Shown piece after piece: positions 1-8,939 of a stretch of 64,000 bases of DNA. The stretch is from Dicyema japonicum (Eukaryota > Animalia > Dicyemida). Below the pieces are notes generated by a model. That model was not told the DNA's origin. It ran no database searches and saw only the letters and a program-made list of their open reading frames with translations. Both the position numbers and the translations under genes were made by a program. The stretch spans positions 372,001 to 436,000 of the forward strand of contig RDEW01000033.1 of NCBI GenBank assembly GCA_011109175.1, read 5' to 3'. Within the stretch, counting starts at the first letter, position 1. Each line of letters opens with the position of its first letter.

Positions 1-139
1 TCAGGAGGGATTCTTGGGAGCGAAAGCTTCGTGCCCGCTCAATGGTCGCCATCGAGATCTCCTTGAAGAGAGACGATAGGGATTAAAAATTTAAAAACTT
101 GCAAAAAATATTTTAAATTAGAATTTTTTAATTTTAAAT

Positions 140-312
140 TTAACACCCCACTTTATTTAACAAACAATAAAAAAGTTAATATATTTAATCAACAACCTTC
201 CTCGCCTGCCTGTTCGCCAGCCTCTTCAGGCAGGTTCGATTCTGGTTGCTGAACAACTCCGAGGAGCGCTTTGTCTAATTGAACCCTCTGCCCATATGGC
301 ATCTCAGGGCTC
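140..312 (-). mobile_element. 3' end fragment of the R4/Dong-like non-LTR element
   Basis: Near-identical to about 33969-34141 (CCCACTTTATTTAACAAACAATAAAAAAGTTAAT...CCCTCTGCCCATATGGCATCTCAGGGCTC). Confidence 0.85.
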
Positions 313-690
313 TTTTAATTTTAATTTTAAATATAATAAATAAGAAAAACATGGTTAAAGTTTTATAAAAAATGCTTGAAATTTTAAAGTCGAGCATTAT
401 ATTTACCTCAGAAAATTAACATATCAAACGTACTAAAGCCACGTTACGTCACCAGCTCAATTTCTGATCAATTATTGATGGACTAACTTTTTACAAGCAA
501 CTATGAGCATCGAAAGCAGAATAAAATATATATTTGAAAATGCTACTATCATTTTAAATTTATTAGGAGTGGGGTACTTAAGCCAGTGGAACATCTTCAG
601 TAAAGTACGGAAGAATAATCCTTTAATATACCAACCAACCACTGGACGTCTCCCTGGACAGGTGGATCAGTGAAGCCTATTAGGAAATTA

Positions 691-998
691 ATTTATTAAC
701 CTTGGATACACCGAGAAGAAGTTAAAGTAAACAACTAATTAAGTGATCCAGTTTCCACTTCTACAGAAAACAGAGTCCATCCGGAATCAGCATAAAAGGT
801 AAGACGTCCATTACATGCAGTTGTGGAAACCCCTCCAGTGGAGTGGGGAAGAGCAAATGATCCTTTTTTGTGCCGGCCTGGCACTGGGCGCCACTTAGAC
901 AGGTGGATCACAAGACGCCACTCTAATAAGAAGAGAGAGGAAGAACAGACAATCAAGCAGAAAACTTCAACCAATTAACCATGCAGCACCACGCGGCT
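691..998 (-). mobile_element. SINE-like repeat, family 1
   Basis: Head GCCGCGTGGTGCT..TGGTTA, core TGGCGTC.TGTGATCCACC...AAAAGGATCATTTGCTCT, tail GGATCACTTAATTAGTTG...CTCGGTGTATCC..GGTTAATAAAT. Homologous copies at 3225, 22474, 42944 and 57026. Confidence 0.75.
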
Positions 999-1784
999 AA
1001 TTTAACAAAACCGGTTGTATTAAAAAGATTAAGTCAACTATAAAATTTAAACAAAAGTACATACCCGTCTTTTATGACGAATAATGTGCTTTGAAGTCAA
1101 ATTTACAACCCAGTAAAAGTTTGATCTCTCGTTTCCTTAAACTTCAAAGAAAAATGGCGAATCCTGCAGAAAAAAGTGGACTTTAATATATGGATATTGG
1201 ACTTATTTTTTATTGATTATTATTTATTAATAAAAGTATCTTCCACTCATGGATCCTCCAATTCTTTTATAACTATCAGCTTATCGACTTCTGATATAAT
1301 ATATCAATTTTGGGGTGGATAAAAATTAAACTAAAATCCTAAAGCGTCTCCAAGAATTCCTTTGTTCTTAACCGGTTTTCAATGTTCAATGAGTGCAATC
1401 ACTTTGACACGCTCACGAGAAGATAAAAGACAATGGTTCTCATTCATGGTGAAGCTAAATAGACATTTCGTGTAATAAAGGTGGGTCATCAATCAACCTT
1501 TCACCCCATCACCCACTTGAGTCAAAGAATGAAGCACTAATAATGGAGGATATAATATAGTCTGCACCTTAATACTCTTCAACTAAATGGAGTAGTGTTT
1601 TGGGAAACAAGCTATACAGTAGTTATAATAGAACTAAGTGACAACTTAAGTGTAGCAAGTGAAATATCAAACTCCCCCATTTATTACACCATACAAGATT
1701 TGTAGCCCAAAACTTTAGTCCAGAGACCAATAGATCAACAAGAATGATTCCATTCGCACACTTGTAGCAACAAATAACAAAATA

Positions 1785-2823
1785 TCAAATATCATCAAAA
1801 GAGGAGACACTACTATTAACAGAACTCCTCAAATATCCCTCGTGGTCATTCTCATCCACAAATATGAGATTCTCCCACTCTCTAAAACTGGTAGAACCTC
1901 CCTGAGATCTGTTTGGAGTATCCGAATTCCCCTCATTCAAACTCACAACCGACCGAGATCTCACACACTGAAATCCCACATGCCTGTTTCGATTCTCCCT
2001 CTCCCACGACACGTGCAGGTAAGGTCTTTGAACGTAATCATAGAGGACTATCCTCAGTTACACAACCCACCTTCAGATCGACGACTGGGATACCGTCTTA
2101 CCTTCCCACATGTGGTCGGGTGGTCCTCGTAGTTTATCTTCACTCGCTTGAATCCGTGCATCTCCAACACCTGCTTTGCCACGTGTCGATTGTCCCCGTA
2201 GCGAAAAAATTTGCACATGTCTGTGTCTCGGATCACTGGGTTACCCAAGACCTACCTTCCACGTGGTAACCGTCCTTGAACTCACTCATCTGCTCGTCCT
2301 CGATCCAATCGTCAGAGTTCCGCAGAATAGCTACGTGACATTCCCGATCCCCCCGTTTTGCCGCGTTTAGTAGAGAGTTAAGCAAACGAGAGTTGAGGAA
2401 CTCTTCGAATTTCACCTTTGCTCCGCAATTCGTCAGTTCATGGAGTAACTCGCCTGGAATAAGAACAAAAAGCACCAAGATTGTCGCAGCGAATAGTAGA
2501 ACAGTTGAAAGGGATCATCAAGTAATCACAGGCCTCCTTGATTTTCAGAAGTGGTTGGGATGGGGGACAGTAGACGATTCCGTTAAGGTAAAAACCCATT
2601 ATGGTCTCGAATACGTTGGCTGTGACTCCGAGGGAAAGCTCATATTCTTCTAAATCATTCTTAGTTACTAAATTGTTGAATTGTTGGTTGGTTGTGAACA
2701 TTCTACGGGTTAAAAAATAGTGTACCGTCCCAGCATTGTATCGGGGTGCCGAGTAAGGTTTGAAAGAGGAATGTCGAATCGACGAGAGTCGACAACCAAC
2801 GTAATCACAGCGTTAGTGGGCAT
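1785..2823 (-). CDS. BTBD10: BTB/POZ protein of the BTBD10/KCTD20 family, 5 exons
   Basis: Spliced translation gives LVVDSRRF..HPDTMLGRMF, IKEACDYLMIPF, LLHELTN, RECHVAIL, KFFRYGDNRHVAK, EVLYDYVQRPY.HVSWE and HVGFQCVRSRS. Introns at 2703-2725 (23 nt) and 2236-2255 (20 nt), plus 22- and 23-nt introns. BTBD10 cannot be separated from KCTD20 here. Confidence 0.85.
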
Positions 2824-2939
2824 TCATTAGAATCCTTATTTTTAAATTTATTTATTATTTATTTAATAATTTGAAATTAATCGATCTCTAATGAAAAATT
2901 AATATTTTATCATTTTAAAATCAAATGATATGCCCTCCA

Positions 2940-3185
2940 TTACCAGTGACGATACTCTGGTTCTGACATATGCGGATGCAAAGGTTTTCTCAGACACCTC
3001 TAAACCTTACACCATTTGAGGAATTAGTGAGGAAAACCGGAGCCTTACTACAGCCCAATCCGGAAATGCGTTGGAACCCGGGAGGAACACCGAGCAAGAA
3101 TGAGATAGCTAGTCGAGGCGGCCGGAATCACCTGACGGCTATGTAGTTATTTAATTTGTTGGTGTTTTCTGGTTTTAATAAATAA
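2940..3185 (+). mobile_element. Decayed LINE 3' fragment
   Basis: RT-like LTYADA motif followed by a tail ending in TTTAATAAAT. Confidence 0.4.
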
Positions 3186-3224
3186 ATCTTAAAATTAAAT
3201 AAAAATTGACATTTAATATAAAAT

Positions 3225-3447
3225 GGCCGCGTGGTGCTATGTGGTTAGTATGTCAAAAATTATTTTCACTACATTTGATGGCGTCATTGTATCCACCTTA
3301 CTGAGGAGACGCTCAATGCCTGGCCGGCATCAAGAGGATCCACTATTCCCCGGGGACAATGTCGTTACCTGGAGACAAGTTGTGGAACGAGTCAGGATCA
3401 AGGAGTTAGTTAGTTTTGTTACCCTTGGTCTTTGGTATAATTTTAAT
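3225..3447 (+). mobile_element. SINE-like repeat, family 1 (diverged, different distal part)
   Basis: GGCCGCGTGGTGCTATGTGGTTA head and TGGCGTCATTGTATCCACC...GCCTGGCCGGCATC.AGAGGATC core. Confidence 0.6.
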
Positions 3448-5279
3448 TTAAAACCAATAAAATACCAATATTCGTAGTTTCCTGTACTGTATTGCATAAA
3501 ACCGGTATTTTTGTGCTAATGCTGACCATCGTAGGCATGCTCGGTTTTCCTAAAATCAGCTTTCAAGCCAATGTCGAGTATGCAAGAAACCCAATTCTTT
3601 CAATCGGCAGTAACTCTTGCGACCGATCGCCTGGAAATTTCCCCTTCCTTTGCTGAGTTCATCAGAAGTTAAAAAATAGCGGAGCCAATGTAGCGATTCA
3701 GTTAAACTAGCTTATTGGTTGCCACTAGAAGCTGCAAAATCTCATACGTTTGCAAACTCTCTTGAAATAGGAACGACGTAATTACCGGTCAACGGTGGAA
3801 CAATCAAGGAACAGAGGAGGTAGATTGCTTCTATAAGAAAAAAACACTTAATTGGTTCTTGGGATTAAATAAAATAATTCATTTGCTATGACATATGACG
3901 AGTTAACACGTTTATAGATTTACTTAACATTTGTTTGAAAATAAGATTTTATTGATGTGTATTCGTCATTGAGCTTTATATCCATTTTGGAGATTTATTG
4001 GTTTGTTTCTGATATTCCTTATTTTTGATAATTTTTGTTTACGTGAATGAAATACAACAAGGGGAACATTGCATTAACCTCTCCTACTGGAATTCTAAAT
4101 AACATATTTATCATCTCTGAGATCACATTCTAGGTTTATTAATGGGGGATGATATGTAGTCTTTTTGAAATTCTTGGAGTCAAGGTCTTCAGGATTTACG
4201 ATTTTCAGTGAAAGATCGAATAGGTGGGTAAGTCGAGCGAAGCTGGCGAGATCAGGACGATGACATTACGATGAAGGTGGATTTTTAGGTTTCGTTGTTC
4301 GAGGGGATCGCTAGAGAAAGAAGACTTACATGTTGTCGAGATATCGCTGACAAGGAAGTGATTCTTGGCTAATGTAAGTCGGCCTCACTAGAGAGGAAGA
4401 GGGCTTATATGTCTGTTCGGTCATAATATAGCGTATTCTAGAAAAAAGGGAGTTATATAAGCAGGGTTGAGTTCGCGTCTTGGAAAAGAGGTATATCCAT
4501 GGAATGGCATAAGGGAAAGCGTCTCAATTCGTTAATTTTCCTCAAAATTCAATCAATGTTGAGTTATGGTAAAATGAGGTAGAGATTTCGTTTGACATTG
4601 GCACACGAGAGGAGCAAGATAGGACACCATACATGTTTGGGAATAGAGATTTTGCGACTAATGCAGGCGTCGGTACCGTGGCTATTATTCTTAATGTTTT
4701 TAAATTTTAAGGTGCATTGTTGAACATTAATATCCAGTAAAGAAGAATTCTTCGCTAAGCAACTTTTTCTCGACTATTTCAAAAACTCATGGATTTTTAT
4801 CCAAATTTAAAAAAAGGAATTTAATGATTTGTGTGGAGATCCCTTTATCAGCCGTCCCTGTTCATGACTGTATCTTCTCCTGACTATTGACTATCCACTA
4901 TCATGTAAGAGGACGAAGGAGTTCTGACTAATCAGCCTCGAGGTTCCTACACCGATAGACTGAATGTTTAAATTAGTATGTTGCTGTATCTAGCACTATA
5001 ATCAATTATTAAAACCCATAAAATTAAAGTATGTGGGCTGTATCGAAAAATGTTGGATTCTCACAACCTTTAGATGACTTGTATTAACCATAGCTGAGGT
5101 ACCCTTGACATATTAGCTTTACTGGCGACGATTTCTACGTGATTTGAGGAATTGCTTACTCATAACACCAATTAGTGTGGCTACGAGAGAATATAAAAAA
5201 AGTATGGTCAAAGTGTTCCAAAAACAGAAAAAATCCATTAACAAACTAGGAGCAATATCTAGAACTGATTCTTCCTATT

Positions 5280-6012
5280 CATTAATTATTTTACTACTTT
5301 GATCTTTTATTTTGCACTCCATTATAAAAAAATTCTTCATTATCGCTGATTTCCTGACTTTCCAAAACTTCGTCTACAATTTGATCTATAACATCATCCA
5401 TTATAGACACAACAGGTAATTCATTGCCGAAGGTATTATTCCAGCAATTTTTAATTATTTCACAGGATACATTTTGCAAGATTTCGATACTATTATCAAT
5501 GATTAAAGTAAATTAATTTTTTCAAGTGATTCGCAAAAAAATCTTCATCTATGCAACAAATAAATTCAATTAACGCCTTCGAATATTTATCTTTAAAAGC
5601 TTTGATTATACCATTGGTTGAAGAATTGGTGTTTTATTTTTTGGTAAAAAAGCAATTCGATATTTGAGTAGCATTTAATGTTCCCACGCCTTATGTACGG
5701 CATAATCGATTTTTTATTCGAACTATTGTGTCAATGCTCGTTTTATATTTCCGAGCGAGTACTCTATATGAATGATTTTTCAAAAGTAGTCGAGCAATTT
5801 CAACTTTTTTCTCGTAACTAAGATTCATAATGATTTAGAATAAAATTTTTTTATTTAAAAATAATTAATTTTTTTAATGACTAGAAATAAAAAATAGTAA
5901 TAAATTCAGTTCCAAATCGAAGTTTTCAGTATTTTTGGCAGAGATCCTACAAAGTGTTCCAAAAACTGAGGTGTTCCAGCCCCGAGGTCTGTTCCAAATC
6001 GTGGTCGGACTG
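5280..6012 (-). mobile_element. pogo/Tigger-like DNA transposon remnant
   Basis: Broken minus-strand translation SNIELLF...TPILQPM..IIKAFKDKYSKAL...EIIKNCW resembles the DDE_1 C-terminus. End reads TA|CAGTCCGACCACGATTTGGAAC with repeated GTTCCA subterminal motifs. Confidence 0.6.
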
Positions 6013-6159
6013 TAGTATTGGCCTATGTTTGATACTTTCCGTGATTGCTTTATCTCATTTTGATCGTATGTTTACATGGTAGTATTCCAACAAACGCAGC
6101 TGTATAATCCAGTCTATTACAGGCTGTACATAGTGGTGTTTAAATAGAAGATACCATTT

Positions 6160-6916
6160 ACTTATTTTAGAACGTGTCCTCCGTAATGTTTTCGTCGGAG
6201 ATTTGGCCTCCACCGTCACGGAAGACACCCTGGGGGACAATTTCACAGACATCGGGACAATCAAGTAGATAGTAAAAGTTAGATTCAACAGAGAAGTCAG
6301 GATTAGAAGGGGACTGGCTACTAATAGCAACATAATGTACGGATTCATAGAATTCTCAACCAAAGAGGTGACGGGAGATCAGTAATTTAGGAACAACAAC
6401 GGGCTATAAGAGAAATTGACGGTAAAGATCTTGGGGCAAGACAGATTAGAGTTAAAGACGTGAAAATTCAAAACAGAAGTCGTTATAGCTTTATTGTAGA
6501 TTGGAACAATCTCCAGGAAGTCATCTCCGCTTCGGCATCCTCAAACTCCAAAGTCTACGTGAGGAATTTGGGATATCACATGAGCATGAAATCAGAGAAT
6601 GTTTAGCCAAATATGGGCGTATTTTAGAGATAAAAACATTCCCAAGACGTAATTATTGCTTTATCACGTACAATCTCTAATAAGAGTTAGCTTTATCGAC
6701 CACGTGTTCCCAGCAAATGCGATCTTTCACAAAACGGAGCTTTTTTTAATAACCGAAGAATCACATGCTATTGGGGGAAGAACAGTCTTCAAATTATCGT
6801 AGTAATTTGAATATATTTAGCCGATCATACTCCCAATATATCCTTTAATCCATTTTATTTACCCGACAATAAATAATATTGGTCTCCCAAATGAAGATAT
6901 ATGGTTGACTGTGTAG
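6160..6916 (+). CDS. TIA-1/TIAR-like RNA-binding protein (RRM2 and RRM3 equivalents); 5' end unresolved; two apparent 1-nt deletions
   Basis: Spliced translation NVFVGDLASTVTED...MYGFIEF...LGARQIRV...EVISASASSNSKVYVRNL...YGRILEIKTFP..NYCFITF...ITCYWGKN parallels TIA-1 RRM2, linker and RRM3. Introns of 27, 23, 23 and 22 nt. Absent from the ORF track. Confidence 0.75.
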
Positions 6917-7099
6917 TATTTTCAGGCTTACATTTTTTATAAATTGGTAGTCAACAGTTTGCTTAAGTTTTGAGAATTACACATCCCCCAGAACTGTCCT
7001 TTCAATAAATTTGCCGAACCATCATTAATTACTTCACGAAACACCAGCGAGACTTCTTCAAAATGATAGACAGTTTTTTTTCAAAATATGTGACAACGT

Positions 7100-8400
7100 T
7101 CAAATTATGGAGACTAGTCGATAGGAAAGGGATCAGTTGAGTGGTTTGTTGTTCTTCAAAATAGAGTGAATCGAGGATTTCTTACATATCGACGAAATCT
7201 TAGATAGATTAAATATTTGACTTATTTTCTCCATCATGGGAGTTACTAGGTGTTTCACATTTTCCTGGTGACTGAATACACGGGGTCAGAGAGAATTATG
7301 CTGTGACGTTTAACCCTTCCTTTGGGTCTTTGAATAGAGTTTATGGTTGATGTTAACGTAGTACTTCATAAGGTCGTTAGGATTAAGTTTGGGACTTGCT
7401 GTATGTTTAAGTGGAGAACACTTTTTGAGTTTATTGACCAGTGGAAGAAATGTTTTAGTAGTTTTTCAAAAACGTCTTTTCAGCGTTCTGCGTTGTATGC
7501 TGCGTTCATTTCTTTATGTAGGTTTGAAATTCTTCCACTTACGACTACTGACTGTCGTCAAAGTTATTTAGTTCATTTTAAATGAAGGCTCGTGTTTCAG
7601 AGTCAATAGAATCGAAAGGTGGCCTATCGGAATGAATTTGAGTTGTTGGAGGCAGCGTCGGTAGAACGAAATCCTCTATATACATGAATTAACTTTTGTT
7701 TTAACGGAATTCTCAGCATGAAAGGGTTATGACTAGTATGAAGTCATATATTAAATCCTAAGAGATGGCGGCCGCATGAGAAGGGGTGGCAAGGAAGTGT
7801 TTGATGAGGTAGACAAGTCAGACGGGGTCGTTGTTTACTTTTATCATTTAGAATAATCAATTTTTAGTGTTATCTGATATGAGAGCTCCCCATTGGACAA
7901 GTCTTTGGCAATCATAACATGTCCTAGCTGATTAGAGTATCTTCCAATTGGATGAAGCAGATGAGATCAGAACGGAATCAAAGGGTATTTGTGGATCGAC
8001 CAAGGAAAAGATGTATGTCTGAAACCGTTGACCGGAATATGATACTACTAGACCCCCATTTTTATATATCCCATCTCGGCGAAAAATGAAATATCAGGGA
8101 ACATGGGGGTTGGATTCCAGAGGGTTTAGTTTAGTCTTTAGAAAAAGATCTATATCTACTATAGAGAAAGCATTTTCCCTCGAATTCAAATAATGTTGAT
8201 TTTAATTATGATGCGATCTGGTTCAGGATTTTTCTCAACGTCACCTCATTAGATGAGCAAACTATGACATCTTGCATGTCTCCATGTTTGTAGAATAGGG
8301 GCTTGTGATTGTTAGAACATTTAAGCGAGCAATACTACCACGTAGGTGAGTCAAGTGACAAAACCATCTCCAACGTATGGTTCTTGTTAAACAAAACATA
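7100..8400 (-). mobile_element. Decayed LINE (APE to start of RT)
   Basis: Broken frames give a VMIAKDL (GDFN-like) motif and KKSSIHSILKNNKP...SYRLVS (RT start). Confidence 0.4.
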
Positions 8401-8439
8401 ATTTTGTTAATGCACTAAATGTTTGCGGAGGATTATGCA

Positions 8440-8610
8440 GTGATCGGGGCGACTGATGGATGCAGACGACCTGGAAGAAATCAGGAGACGAGCACGACAA
8501 CGAAAAGGATGGAGAAGACTAACGGAATAGATAGACGAAAAACATGAGACATCCACGTTGTCATAAACAGTGTTTACTGCCAACGCGGATGTGCTTTAAC
8601 TAACTAAAAA
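8440..8610 (+). mobile_element. RTE-like LINE 3' tail (type B)
   Basis: Homologous to about 42780-42940 and 32270-32420; ends in CAGTGTTTACTGCCAACGCGGATGTGCTTTAACT. Confidence 0.75.
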
Positions 8611-8939
8611 ATGTCATAAAGGTGATTAACATCACGGACAGACAGCACAATTTTGTAAAAATACCGAGGTCTTCTGGAAGCCCTTTAAGAGAGATTCTTC
8701 CCTACCAGAAGTATACTCGTAAATTTTAAAATAAACATTCGCCTTTTGGATTCCAGAGGGAGATGGATACTGGTGCACTTTAGTCTCCCCTAAGAAATTA
8801 TAGTACCCCAGGTAATTATAGTTCCCGGTCTGCACAATATAATAATTTATTCTAGGATCACCGGGGACAATGCTCACTGTCCCTTGAGAGCTGATGACTG
8901 ATTCCCTCGTTCAATAAATAACAAAAAGGACTTAATTAA

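Noticed and set aside
503-673. 56-aa ORF MSIESRIKY...GRLPGQVDQ
   Set aside because: Short, no recognisable family, and no convincing exon chain; insufficient evidence.
735-974. 79-aa ORF, and similar ORFs at 3223-3477 and 22529-22729
   Set aside because: They lie within SINE family 1 copies, and the frames are not conserved between copies.
3990-4700. Possible LINE APE remnant
   Set aside because: Motifs are too decayed to support a feature call.
6055-6363. 102-aa minus-strand ORF that looks like a membrane protein
   Set aside because: Antisense shadow of the TIA-1-like RRM exons.
8885-8925. CTGATGA just upstream of the CRE element, a possible hammerhead ribozyme (also about 45815)
   Set aside because: No stem II followed by GAAA, and it lies outside the TSD-defined element.
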